Part shown: piece by piece, positions 1-13,929 of the stretch | How the letters are laid out: every line of letters starts with the position of its first letter | Numbering within the stretch: the first letter of the stretch is position 1 | NCBI GenBank assembly: GCA_951406725.2 | Contig: OX597817.1 | Coordinates: 108,996,001-109,060,000 of the forward strand | Length of the DNA: 64,000 nucleotides | Direction of reading: 5' to 3' | Source of the DNA: Octopus vulgaris | Taxonomy: Eukaryota | The notes under the pieces: generated by a model | What the model saw: the letters and a program-made list of their open reading frames with translations, nothing else | What the model was told of the DNA's origin: nothing | Databases searched by the model: none | Translations under genes and position numbers: made by a program

Positions 1-1215
1 ACACACTCACACACATATACACACGCCCACACATACGCACACACATATATAAATGCTTATGCATAAACTCCAAGATCGGTTAACACGTTAGGTGTAGAAA
101 TTGTGTAGAAAGAAAGAATTGATAACAATTCTGGTTTAGAGTTGCTGCATCCTTGTGTTATATCTAAAGTGATATTCTTTACCCTCACCTTCTAAGAGCA
201 CCTTTGCATATCACATATCTTCAGCATATATTCATATATTCTGTGTTATAGAATCCGATAGCTAATATATTGGAAAGAAGAGAAAACTGTTATTTTCTTC
301 AGATATTTCTAGTAAATCACCTGAGCCAAGATAATATATCTGTTGTGTGTGTGTGTGTCTTATTCGTGTTCATGCGAAAATGCTATTACTCGACGTCTAT
401 AGCATTCAAAGGAACGATTCAATTCATAACAAGAAAATTACGTTCCCAACGAGTAATAAAGCGTCAAATATTCCTATTTACTGGTACACGAACAAAACCA
501 AATATTTCCCCTAGAGATACACATACAGAACGTAAGTTTAAAGGAAATAATGATAAAGTAGCCTATTAAATAGATGTATGATGTCCAAATTCTTACAGAA
601 ATTTTATATTTTGAAATAAAGAGACTGAATATCAAATTCCTGCTTCAATTCCCCTTTGTATCATTGTCATGATATTAAAAAGAGAAAGTATACGGAAAGG
701 AAAAGCGAATTCAATGTACTCAAAAATTAGTGCTTTGGGCAACAACACATCACAAATCTATTTGATTCGCTACATCTCCTGAAGAATACATTTTCAATAT
801 TAGAATTAGCAAATAGAAAAGCTATAATTATTACTTAAGTGTACAGCCAATTTCAAGTAAAAGCTGCTTGTTTGCCTGCGACAATTTTTTGCTTCGGTAA
901 AAATAACATTAATGCATTTGCTATGTGACTAGCTGACTACTCTACCCAACAAATGTAGGCAAAACAAGACAAGGCACAACACAAATAAGAAATTGTTTCA
1001 ATAGTTAGTTGTCATACGCTGCCTTTAGATTTTTTAAAATTTTGAATAATTTAATTCTTCTTTCTAGTTAAGTTTAAACACTTTACAATCTATTATTCTC
1101 TGAATTTGTTCGTTTTCGTCATGAATGCAAACAAAAAGATTTCGTCGCATAAATTTGCAAAAAAAGCAAGTTACAATCTTGAATATAAATACCTTAATTT
1201 ATGTTCGTGCTGCAG

Positions 1216-1249
<34 letters not shown>

Positions 1250-2911
1250 TGTCTTTGTGAATGCATTGTGGATGCATTGTGTTAATGCTGCTTGATAGAT
1301 CGGCTCTTAGATTGAGTACTTCATATTGAAGAATGAAACAACCAACATGTGTTACAGTGTCAGTGACTGAGTCTTCCACAAAAGCGTGTACAATTTATAA
1401 AGATCTGGAATAGAATCAGAATTATATTTGTCAATGATGTTCTTTTAAACTAAAGCGATGAGCTTGGATCAACACGAGAAATCCCTCTGTGTCGTGCAGG
1501 AGTATCGAACTGGAGAGCCCATTTTTGCAAAGCAAGCTTCTTTACTATGCAACGTCTTCACTAAAGCTAATTTATTCTATAATTTAATTACTGTATCATA
1601 TTTGTAAATGTAGGAAATAGTTCATATTATTTATGAACACTTTACTGTGTTATTGAATTTTTTAACTAGCTTATCTCGGTGATAGTATACTTCTAAATTA
1701 AATTATGAGTTTACCGGGCATATTGTGGTTTGATACGTATTTATCTTTATCTTATGCAGTTAGAATAATCGATTGGTTTTTCTCTCTCACAACACGAAGT
1801 CAATAAATTCGACGATTTTAATATATGCATTTTTGTAACGGTGAACAATGCGATATATTGAATTTTTACTCAATCGATTGCTCACACATAAACACATACT
1901 TATTCTCAAAATCTATGTTTAAAATGATTGTAAATTAATTTTTCTCAAATCATTCTTCTGAAATATTTTGAAATATTTTGTTTTCATTCTAATTTCTTCG
2001 GGGTTTAACTAATGCAGTGCTGTATCCTACAACAGTAAAACATTTCCTCAGTAAACTGATTTATATTTGTATTTTATAAAATATGTTTGTTTTGATCATT
2101 TATCATTAAAACTCACCTGTGTAAGGTACGTGATAATAGTTTGTTCATTGCTAAGTATCATTACAAGGCGAAATGGTCGATATTCTTTAACACATATAGC
2201 TATTGTGATAGGTTACTGTTTAGAAGGAACAACTGCACTGTAATTTCGCTTCACTGACAGTACAAGTAAAACTTCATATTGGCAGCTTGCGTTTATTACC
2301 CAAAGATATGTTCACCGCTACAGTGCCACTCTTAATGCTGAAGTTTGTCGTATGTCGGACTGAACGTTCAACTAACCTATCTTCTTTCTGCTATCATAAT
2401 ATAAAACACTAAGCACACTCATACGCTTACAAACATACAAGCTCCACACACACGTACACATGTACGCAAAAACATTTATGTAAATATATACTTATATGAA
2501 TATGTCAGCCTATGCACGTATGTGTGGTATGTGTGTGTGTGTGTGTGTGCGCGTGTGTGCGTGAGGAGATGGAAAGATAGCTTCGTAAACAGATTTATAT
2601 ATATAAGGAGGGAGAGGGAGAGGGAGAAAGAGTGAGTGAGAGAGAGAGAGTGAGAGAGGAGAGATTCAAATGTTCTAATCCCTTAATGAATAAGGAGGAG
2701 AATAGCGTGTACATGTTGTAGATTGTATTATGTACTTAAACAGAATTTTATTTCTCTCACAACTCAAGTTTCACACCACAGCAGGCTTCAGGCGAGAACT
2801 GTTTCACTTACAGTTCATTCAAATTCATTACCTATTGATTAAGCGGAACAGGATTTTATTGGTTGGTTTCTAATATTAACTTGAGATTTTTATCATCATC
2901 ATTATTATTGT

Positions 2912-3070
2912 TATGCTTAGCGGTATTGCGCTTGTCTTTATGTTCTGAATTCAAATTCCGCCGAGGGTGACTCTGCCTTTCACCCTTTCGGGTTCGATAA
3001 AATCAGTACTAATTGAGCACTGGGGTCGACGTAATCGACTTACCCACTTCTGTGCGAAAATCCGAAACGC
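2912..3070 (+). mobile_element. 5'-truncated SINE, family of 46943-47155
   Basis: atgcttagcggtatt...ttcaaattccgccgagg...gcctttcaccctttcggg...cactggggtcga matches the full copy at 46943. Confidence 0.75.
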
Positions 3071-3617
3071 TTATTATTATTGTTGTTATAGCTTTTGTTG
3101 TTGTTTATTTGTGTGGAAAGTCAACAATGGATTAACATTTTCGTTGCTTGCATGCTGGTATTCTATTGTCACCTTTAGTCATTGACTATAATTCACATCA
3201 CCACATTTTTTAATCTTTTGTTTATAGCAAGTTATCATTTAATACATTGCTTTCACTGAGTTTGTTGCTTCGAACTTTCTCATAAGTTGAAATCCGATTT
3301 AATAGATGTTCATTGTATTCTTCTAATTTCGGATTTCGGTTCATTTGTATTATGTATATTTGTTTACATTTCACTTGAAATGTCTTTTTATTCTGTAGCA
3401 GTTTATTAGGCTTTAACCAGTATTCACTGGTTGCTTGCTACGGTTTCTCTTTTGTGTTGTTTATTTAGTTTCAAGCCGACAGTTAGTTATTCTGTGTAGG
3501 TCTCTTATAAACTGTTTTGCTGAATGAATTTCTGCATATATTATATTTTAGTAGCTGTTCCGTCGTTTCATAGCCTGTTTCTATTGCAAAGTTCTTTTCT
3601 GCGTTTGGGAGATTTTG

Positions 3618-3713
<96 letters not shown>

Positions 3714-4040
3714 TGTGTGTTTGTATGTGTGTGTATGTGTGTGTTATATGTATTATGCGATTATTCATAGTTAATATACTTGTGTGTAAATTGAGTTTCG
3801 CATTATTATTTCTATTATGAGAAATACCTTCATAGAATAAATATAATTTGTTTAAATTACCATATAATTTAGATATAGCATGCAACATTACATTTAATCG
3901 GTTTTAAACACTTGTCAAAGTGTATCGCTTGAAGCCACAGAATTATACGAAAAATAGGACATATATAAACGTTAGAATATATTAGCATATTTTAAGTCTT
4001 TCATAAAGTTTTAAAGTCTGAAACATAATTCTCCTATTCA

Positions 4041-5220
4041 TGATTATATTGTAGAACATATTCCAGAATAAAAAATGCGAATGCAGTGTACTATAATATT
4101 CTTAAATACTGAACCTGGAAAAGTACAGTACAAGAAGAAAAATCTTACAATAATGCTATTGAAGTTAGAATTTACTAAATAAATTTCTGAAATTGTTAAT
4201 CAAATATTGTGTGCTGTTTTTGGAGTTTTTTTTAATATGTTTTGCTTTTCATTGTAACTATTAAAAATGTACGTTAATATTTTTCATAAAAAATTTTTTT
4301 TTTTTGCAATAAAGGAAAACATTTCTGTATTTAAATTTCATTTTCGTAGCAAAGCACATTCAAAAATTTTAAAACACAGCTATTGTGTTAAAATTAAACT
4401 CGTAGAGATTATATGTAATTCAGAAATAAGAGTAAAGTGTAGAAAATTTTTGAAAGAAACGAAAGAATTAATTACTTTAAACAAAATATTTTCAGAAAAT
4501 TATTTAAAAAAACCAAAGCTGGTGAACAAATTGAATGCAAAATGTAAAAATGACACTTTAAAAATAAAACTTATGTGTGATAATACATTGTCAGTTTTGC
4601 TGAAAATGGTATGTGACTATTTAAGTATACAAAACACTAAATTTGTAATATTTAATATTTAATGATTCTTTGAAAACAACTGGCAGATGCAAGTGCTTTC
4701 AGATGCAAGCTCCACATACCGGATGTTACGAAGTTTATGAGGCCATCAAGAGAGAATGCAGGCGTTTCGAACCCTTCCTCTCAACGACATCATTGCGCCC
4801 CGCCCTCCTCCTGAAATGAGGCTCCACTTGCTAGATCAACTGGTTATTAGGCTTCGCCCAATATTCTTCTAAGCGTTGCTCATCGTCTCCTTTTAATCAC
4901 ATCTGGTGGCTTGTCTTCCCAACTGTAGTCCGAATATCACACATGATGGTATTTGCTGCATGATGAGTTAATTTGAACTTTTATGTAAAATGAAAAATAT
5001 AAAACTTATTTATTTATTACTGAGTTCTTTTCATTTTTCATTAACTTCGGCAATAACATTATTATAAGTCTATGTCTTCTTGTCCCGTACTTTTCCAGGC
5101 TTAACTAACTGCTTGTTCTGTACTTTTCCAAGTTCAATTCTTAAGAATAAGCTAGCACTCTGCGCCCACATTTTCCTTCTAATTCACATTTTTCAGGAAA
5201 CGCTCCTATCACTATAATCT
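4041..5220. mobile_element. old inverted-repeat element (decayed DNA transposon/MITE)
   Basis: tgaacctggaaaagtacagtacaagaag (~4110-4138) is the reverse complement of cttcttgtcccgtacttttccagg and cttgttctgtacttttccaagttca (~5077-5137); weaker similarity extends over ~4041-4170 vs ~5040-5220. Confidence 0.45.
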
Positions 5221-5349
5221 AACAACTTTATCTTTATGATCTTCATTATCAAAGTAAAGGACTGGAATCAATCATAAATTTTTCATGATTTTCTTTGAAG
5301 ATTGTGAAGCCATTTAACATATTTTTCATCTTAATGTGATATTTCCAGC

Positions 5350-5740
5350 AACAGGGAAGGAAATGAATCTTCGTTCAGGCTAAGGAAAGCGGAATCGACA
5401 TTTCTGACAATAGATTTTCCTTTTCCATAAATTCTCCAACAAGTTTTGCTCCGTGGATCCATTTGAAAATGATTGACCAAATTGTAAACAGTGGGGCTAG
5501 ATACTGAACATGGCAATCTGCGAGTAGTATATTGTTCTATATATTTTTGAATGTTTACTAGAGAATCTTTCTTATAAATTGGTGCTCAATCCACCCGAAT
5601 GTTGATATGAACATGAGGAGCCCCCCTTTGTTTATAATCTATTTCCGAAAGGTAATGTGTGATGTTGTCAAAACGTGGATTGCTTTTTATCATTTCATGT
5701 AATCGCTGATAAATAATATTATAAAGAAACTTTAGAGTGC
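5350..5740 (-). pseudogene. degraded Helitron/Helentron Rep (HUH endonuclease) fragment
   Basis: Minus strand reads ITHYLSEIDYKQRGAPHVHINIRVD*APIY..IQKYIEQY..LVNHFQM..SKTCWR, then frameshifted KCRFRFP; matches Rep motif E(F/Y)QxRGxPHxH and downstream CRFxFP; contains stop and frameshift. Confidence 0.75.
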
Positions 5741-7314
5741 CGAATGAGTTGGTATTTTACACAAAGTAAGGGAAACCTCGGACGCAGAATAGCTGTGAAA
5801 ACATTTTAGAAGGTCATTTTAATATCCATAGAAGACGGAAAAGAAACTGGCCATTAAGCCGCTTCAGAGGATCGAACATTGTAACCCTCAAATTCTGGCT
5901 GTAACATTATCATAAACAGCCATTCTATAACCGGGTTCTATAACGCTAAACATCTTAAAAACAACACAAATATTTTGACTTGTTAATATAAGTAAAAGAT
6001 TGACTAATAAATCTAGTAACTATTTAAATCATTCACTATCATACCGAAGTTGAAAGCGCCATCCTATAATAATTTTAGAAATAGGTTACCTAGAATAATA
6101 TGTTATTCGTTTAATATTTCAGTATGACATTTAAAGAATATTTGGTTGTTATTTCTTGAAAGTCAAGCGACCTCGTAAAAATTGGCTCAAGGATAGTAAT
6201 TTGTGGGAAGCAGTAGAGGTGTGACTTAAATGCTTTACAGTATTCTGAGTTTCCATTTCACTTGAGGCAACAATATATTTTATAACAGAGAAATCAATAA
6301 AATGAAATTTAGGGGATTTAGCTTAATATGATCTCTCCCGATTAAGTTACTTGAAGCTTTGCTCCAATGTGAGAAATCAAAGTAAGATATAGAAGGTAAT
6401 GCTACAAACGGTGAGGCTTGTCTTCAAATATTCTTTCTGATGTGATGTTCCCTATTGTAAATTCTTTTAGCTAAATGTTATCACCATCCTGGAATTAATA
6501 CAATCGACAATTTTGTTCTACATCTAAGGAAATGGTATGAAAGCTGAATAAATTAAAACTTATACTACTGAATACATATTCTCTAACAGCTATATGCCAA
6601 TAGGCAGCCCCCACGTCAGTATATTGTTTTTTTCATATACATAACGCACCATGTTTTCCCCCTATATATACATACACGTTACAACAAGTCTGCATATGTG
6701 TGTATGTGTGTCTGTGTGTGCAGGTGTGGATGCGTAAAGTATGGAAGTTGGTATAAAATACCTGCGCATGTTTATGTTGTCAAGATCTTGGGTCATTAAT
6801 CACCAGCGGAGCAACATGTGTTGAATAAATGTTTGTCTCAGTGTACAATGTTCTTGATAGCCAGTGATGGACTTCTACAGTCAGAAGTGGACAGTCACTT
6901 TGAAAACGTCGTAAGTGATGGACCCTTGATGAAATTGCAGAGAATATGATGCAAAATTGCATACAGAGCAATGTGCAGTTGCTGCATATGTTTATCATTG
7001 TAATATATATGCTGTACAAAACGTTTTAATAAAAAGTTTTGATGTGAATAAATCTCCACAACCCTTTTTGTTATCAATTATATATATATATATATATATA
7101 TAATCATTTTTTGTTCTTTCTTACGAACTATATAGAACTGCTAAAAAGAAGTGCTCGGGTCGAACCCGAAAGAAAAGATAAGAATTAAGATATAAACTCA
7201 AATTCACAGAGGCACTCATACAAACACACATATATACACACACGCAAATATATACACACACATATATATGCATGTATACATGTGTATGTATGCGTATATT
7301 TATGTAAGTATATA

Positions 7315-7746
7315 TGGCATTGTTGAGTTTATTTCAAGATTACTTGTCAAAAGAGAAAGAGACGGTTTCTAACTTAGATTCAAGGCTTCTTCATTGGAAT
7401 TTCGACATCAAAAGATATTTTTGTATGTTTGTATGTACGCATGCATGTATATACGCAGATTTATATGTTTTGCTTCATATACGTAATTTCTTGCATACAC
7501 TTGCATATCTAGACATGCTCATATACAATATATTTAAATAATAAACTTCTGGGAAGTTGTACAAGTTTCTTAAAGTTCCAGTGATGGTTTCTCCTTTCTG
7601 GTTTTGAGAAGCCTAACTTCTCAAGATTGGTATATAGACAGTGTATTACATATCCCAGTGCTATAATGATTCAGGTATAAACCTGAACATGTAATCTGGA
7701 TAGAGTAGTTGTAGATTCCTCAATAGTTCAGCATAGGTATTTTCTG
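7315..7746 (-). mobile_element. 3' end of RLE-encoding retroelement (R4/Dong-like or RLE-bearing PLE), copy 1
   Basis: Minus strand ENTYAELLRNLQLLYPDYMFRFIP..ALGYVIHCLYTNLEKLGFSKPERR resembles an RLE C-terminus; 3' UTR shared with copies at 22345 and 25180; flanked by (TACA)n-type repeats. Confidence 0.7.
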
Positions 7747-7827
7747 TATGTGTGTCTACTTGTATGTATGTATGTATGTATGTATGTATGTATGTATGTA
7801 TGTATGTATGTATGTATATATGTATAT

Positions 7828-8390
7828 GCCAGGTCACTTTCGAGTGCTGCTGGTACCATGTAACCCAGTACAACCTGTTGCATGGTCGGGTCGTCGGCGA
7901 CTAAACCGGCAACTCCACCAAGCTTGATTGGTGATGAGGGTGTTTATTGGACACCCTGCGGGATGGAAAACAAAACCCGTCAAAGGGCGGAGGAACTCTT
8001 GAGAGTCAACGGCCATCCAATAAATGTCTTAAGGATGTATCATGCGCGAGGACATAGAAATAATCGGACAGAATACCCGATCGCGCGGTTAAACCATCGG
8101 GAGTGAATGACTCCTAGACTTTGTTAGGGCATCCTTCTAGGAGAAGGTAACTCAGGTAACTGGGATAAAAACATAAAACCTGCGGCTCAGTGGTTACCGA
8201 GGATGTTGACTTGTTCTTCGTTTCAGATTATGGCTGCTATTGCTTAATGAGTGGGATTGACTCAGTGCACAGCCTTCCTCACTTTAAAAAAATCTTCTTG
8301 CACAGGCACTGCACGATAATAACATTAATTAAGCTTCGTGCAATGGCCATACTCGATAACGAGGGTACAGCCACCATGTATGTATGTATG
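7828..8390 (+). mobile_element. non-autonomous RTE-like retroelement
   Basis: 5' end shared with 31143 and 36072; contains RTE 5'UTR-like motif gggcatccttctaggagaaggtaactc; ends in (ATGT)n. Confidence 0.55.
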
Positions 8391-8572
8391 CAAGTAAGTA
8401 TGTTGGTATGCATATATAGTTGTAAACGAGATTCGATGTCAAGGCAATATCTATTATCAAGGTGAATCCCAAGAAACGCAAAAAGAGCAGACAGTATAGC
8501 TAGGGAGTAATAGCTAGGTAGATATCTAGAAAGATATATTGATAAGTAGTTAGAGTGACAGAGAGGCCGACC

Positions 8573-8585
8573 GACATACATACAT

Positions 8586-8626
<41 letters not shown>

Positions 8627-8631
8627 TAGAC

Positions 8632-8679
<48 letters not shown>

Positions 8680-8748
8680 TGATAGATAGATAGATAGATT
8701 AATAGAAATACACACACATACATAAATCCATGCACACATACATAAACA

Positions 8749-8835
<87 letters not shown>

Positions 8836-8839
8836 ATAT

Positions 8840-8872
<33 letters not shown>

Positions 8873-8895
8873 CATACATACATATATATATATAT
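8573..8895. repeat. compound microsatellite (GACA)n(GATA)n(TA)n(TACA)n
   Basis: Direct reading. Confidence 0.95.
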
Positions 8896-8896
8896 G

Positions 8897-9185
8897 TTCC
8901 AGTTGATTCGATCAACGGAAAGGCCTGCTCGTTAAACTAACATGGCTGAGCACTCCACAAACACATGTACGCTTCATATCGTTTTGAGGAAGATTCAGCG
9001 TGACGCAGAGTGTGACAAAGCTCACCCTTTGAATTACAGCTACAGTTCACTTTTACTGGCTGAGTCAACAGGAGCAATGTGAATCAAAGTGTCTTACTGA
9101 AGGACACATGGCAAGCACGAGAATCGAACTCATGACCTTAGCATCGTGATCCGAATATTCTAATCACTAAGTCACGTGCCCTCAC
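8897..9185 (-). mobile_element. tRNA-derived SINE
   Basis: Minus strand: A-box-like gtgacttagtgattag, B-box-like gagttcgattctc, then gtgtccttcagtaagacactt body; tail runs into (TA)n. Confidence 0.75.
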
Positions 9186-12100
9186 TAAGCATACGCACAC
9201 ACACACACACAAACACACTCACACACACATATGTACCCACACACAGAAACACACACAAATAATTTATACTACGATACGTATCACTGCATTATTGAGTAGC
9301 TACTCTTTGAAAGGTTCACTTATAGTTAGTACTTTGACTCTATCTCATAAATATGCGATTATGTCGCATATATATGATTTAACTGAGTAACGAATAACTC
9401 CATTTATAAAAATGGTAACATTATGAAGAATGAATTCAGGCAGAAACTCTCCTACACCCTTTGAAAGAGTAGATGGCATATCGATTGATTGATGTATCCT
9501 ATTAATTCAGGATATTAAATGTTTTATTTAGTCATTTTTTTTTAAATTCGAAAATATATATTTTAATATATAATTAACAGTCACTATAGAAATGAAATAA
9601 AATCTTATAAGTAATAGCATTTAAAAATAGTTGTTTCTATGCAACTAAATTTGCACAATTATTAATATTTATGAACAATTAAAAACCTAAGTAGATTTTA
9701 TTGTGTCGTGGTACACTGTTTATCGTTTTGACGCGTTATTTATGCATCCGGTATAAAAGTTATTTTGAATTTGGAAAGTATACATCCCTATCAGCGCCAC
9801 CAGAGATAAACTATGACTATTAATATTGATCAGAAATAGTTAGTCTAAAGTACTTTATTGATGCCATTGAGAATTATTTGAAGTAATAGGCAACATTATA
9901 TACACTGCACCTCTAATAGTGAAGATATCTAACACTTCGGGATTATTTATTAATTTAAGAATGGCTATCAAATTTGTCTGAATGAAGTTCCTAATACTTT
10001 ATCTCCTATTGGTTGTTGAATTTATAGCGGGTTCAGTTTACGGAATGATTGACAACTGCATATAAAATATATTTCAGACATCCAGAGATAGTTTCACTAA
10101 TTGAATGTAAAATAAAAATATTTTCACTTGTCTGTCTACTATGGCACTTTATCTCGTACATTATATGAAACTATTCTGAAAAGCATTCGACTATTTGTGC
10201 TGGTAAAATTATTATATAGACTGTTATATTATTAAAATACTAGTCTACCGCATATTAGAATGAGACGTATGATTTATTGACTGGAATCTAATATCTGCAG
10301 TTGTATATTGACTATGAATCGATCAGAATTAAAGTTCTCTAGAGATAGGATTCTCATAATTCTTGATATATCATTTCTCATTAACTGTGATATTTTATAC
10401 TTACAACGTTAAATATTAGGTAATTGGCATTCTATCAACTTTGTTTCATTTAATAGTCACAAGATACGAAACAAAAGCCCGTTATGTCCCCACCCCAGGC
10501 TTTCTGACATTGGTGTGGATGATGGTTCTAGTTGCCGTAAAAGGCTGCAGAGCATGTATATTCTGGGTGGTGCCTACCCAGATGAGAGAATTAAATAAAT
10601 ATATTTCATTTGAGTTGATTAAGTTATTGTAATAATAATGAGAGACGTTATATCGGTGCATTAAAGAATTGTGTTGATGCTGACCATAATCTTCTAGCTC
10701 AGCAGAGTAGAAGCAATTTCAGATAAGAATTTATTTTACACTCGTTAATGAATAAGGTAAATTTATTAAATGTCCAACGTAATAAATTTTCCCTGAACTA
10801 ATCAGTTATGTTCATTCATCGTAGTGATTATATCCATATTCAACACTGAGAGCATTTTCTCTTCGTCTATTTTCTGCAATCCAGAACAAAAATCGTAGAT
10901 AGAATATGAGTGGTGGCTACAATACATTGAGGAATCAACCATATTACTTTAGTTTCGATGCTGTTAAACATTTGTGTATGTGGCGTGGCGTTACTGCTGA
11001 CGGAGAAGAGATTTGCCCTAGGATTTTAAAGAGAGCCAACCGATGATTAGAAGTGAACGACTTTCTAGCTTTGAAGGGAAGGACTACAGCTTGGAAAGTA
11101 GCTTTGACAGTCATGTATATAGGTTACTTCACCAATGCAGATTGTCTGAAAATGTTATGATTGGAATTTGTACTAAATCTGAGAGAAGAGTTGAATTGAA
11201 ATTTTTACTTGGTCGTTCAGCCGATTAAAAATAGTAGTACATTTTTCGTCAAATCTCACCTCGTCTTTGAAATTAAGGGCACATTGAATAATGGTGTCTT
11301 GAAACCCCTCTGCAAGGAAAAAAAAAACAAACTGTCTTGTTTTGAAAACCTTTAATCAGCTTTGATCTTCTTAATCAGTATAGATTTGAGCTAAGCAAGC
11401 AAATGTACCAGCAATAGTGAGCGCGTAAATTTGGCAATGCTCATTGCAGAAGTTCATTTATTTAAAGTATGTGTATCAAGTACCAACCTAAAATAGAATA
11501 TTATTAAACTGTATGCGGTACTGATGTTGTGTGAATAAAATGATACCACAGTTGTCGTTGTTGTCGGTTAATTTCCGATCCGTTCTAGCCGAGTTAACAT
11601 AAAAAAATCAAAGGCAATCTCGCAATTACCTCCCGTATCTTATTCAGATACAGGGTATGCAGGAAGAAGTTGGAAAATGTTTTGCAGGAGTTTTCTCGAC
11701 TATTTATGAGTGATTGATGAACATCTAAGAGAGTATTTTGTTCCTTTTCCGGTATTTTTTAGAGTATCAGCTACATGAAAATATGTTGCTGAAATTAGCT
11801 GCAGTTAGTAACTGGATTAATCGTTAAGAATTCTTTGTATAGCGAACTTTATTTTATTTTTAAAGCCGGAAAAAATGATTATATATTTTATTTTCCTTTT
11901 ATGCGTTATATCAATAATTCGATTTTATTCGTAATTTCAGTTGCAAATAACAGAAGTATAGCTTTAACAGTAACATTGTTAAAAATAGTTTAAAGCATAA
12001 TACTTTGTTGCAAATAAAAATAGCCGATATCACTTTAAGAATATATTTGCCAAAATGAAAAGAAATGGTACCGTATTCCGGTGTAATTAGGAGTTAGCAT

Positions 12101-12817
12101 GTAACTAAAACAGAAGTCATTTAATGACTCATAAGCTAATTAGTCATCAAATCAAATCTCTTCTTTACATGACAATGATTTGCTTAATGGTATTATAGTC
12201 TTTAAGTAAATGTATTACTATAGAGTTTAAAGTTCAAAACTGGCCGTTTATGTCTTGCTGTCAGTAAATAAATAATCACTTTTATTGAAGCTGAAATTAT
12301 AGTAAATCATTTCTGTCGAAATATAGTTATGTATCTAAAGAGAAGTAACTAGACCTTGTTAAATTCAAGAAGTGGTTTATAATAATGCTACTATATTCAT
12401 TCAGAACAGTGAAAATCTATTCTTCATATGATCGGAAGGTTTTCATAGAAAACATTATAACAATTTAATTTTCCGAAATCGAAAACTAACTTCGACATTG
12501 GATTATTGCCCCACATTTTAGGACAGAGATGAAGTTGATGAAAGTAACGCCTGTAGTGGAATAGTATTTATTTTGTCGACCCTTAGCTGATGAAAATTAA
12601 ATCGACCTTGAAGGAATTTAACTCAGAACCTACAGTAAAGCAACTTAAAATATGAAACATGTTCGTCTCTCTACCAATTCAGACAAACAAGAGTCCTGAA
12701 CTAAGTGACTTAGGAAATATTTTAAGGAATTATTGATTCATTTTTCAATTAACTCAAAATAAGCTCGGACATAATTATAAAATATTAATGTTTTTATAGA
12801 AGTATCATATTTCAAAT

Positions 12818-13095
12818 GAAGGCACATGGCCTAGTGGTTAGAGCAGCGGACTCGCAGTCGAGGGAACGCGGGTTCGAATCTCAGACCGGGCGATGTGTGT
12901 GTTTATGAGCGAAACACCTAAGCTCCATGCGGCTCCGGCAGAAGGTAATGGCGAAACTTCTGCTGACTCTTTCGCCACAACTTTCTCTCACTCTTTCCTC
13001 TTGCAGCTCACCGGCGTCCCGTCCAGGTGAGGAACCTATACGCCGGGAAACCGGTCCTTATGAGCCAGGCATGACTCGAGAAGGAACAAACAAAA
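12818..13095 (+). mobile_element. full-length tRNA-derived SINE with 14-bp TSD
   Basis: A box tggcctagtgg, B box ggttcgaatct, (AAAC)-type tail; flanks atcatatttcaaat (12804-12817) / atcacatttcaaat (13096-13109). Confidence 0.9.
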
Positions 13096-13848
13096 ATCAC
13101 ATTTCAAATTACATTTCTCATTTACAGTTTATACTTCGTAATACGATACAGTTTTTCTTCATATCATTGTTGTTAATTAATATTTATTTTAAGTTTCCGT
13201 ACACATTAAACGAATAGCGCTTTATTACCAGAAAATAAACCATATTATTTTTTATAAATAATTTAAAACTAATCAGTTTGATTTTTGAAATGTTATCATA
13301 TATTCATAGAAATTGACAGCGATTTCGAATCGGATCTAAACATAATACAACACATAATTTTTTTTGTATTCCTCTACGCTGAGTATATAAAATAAATTAT
13401 CGTTTCTTTTTACTTTAGCCACGATTTCTCAAAACGAATGAAAATATTCTGATAATACGAGTTACTTCGAAGAAATGAGCTAGATATTTCAAGAAAAATG
13501 GGTTATTTGATACCATCGATCCCAGGTGTTGGTTCTGGATGGATGGAATGCCAAGCTAACCTAGAACGTAAAATCGTGAAAAATTCTGCAAGTCATTTTC
13601 CCACGCTCTACGATTCTCCGCAGGAATTTCCAAATAAAATATTCGTTGCACATTTTAAACAAATTACAATGTTTATTATTTCCAGATGAATTCTCAAATT
13701 GGAAAGTACTTTGTTGTGAAGTAGAATTCTGAATATGTGAATATTGACGAGAGTGGGGATAATAAGTGATTGATAATTCAGATTATTGTCGGTTGAATAT
13801 ATTACTTATCTCTCATCCCCCTACATACTTACATATTTATATATATAT

Positions 13849-13929
<81 letters not shown>

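Noticed and set aside
2110-2870. Possible minus-strand first exon/promoter (CAG|GTGAG donor-like site at ~2116, TATA-like and GA-rich sequence upstream)
   Set aside because: No ORF or partner exon; such motifs arise by chance in AT-rich DNA
4267-4662. 131-aa K/I/F-rich ORF
   Set aside because: Composition follows AT bias; no recognisable domain
12821-12892. tRNA-like sequence
   Set aside because: Stems do not close and it continues into a SINE body with TSD
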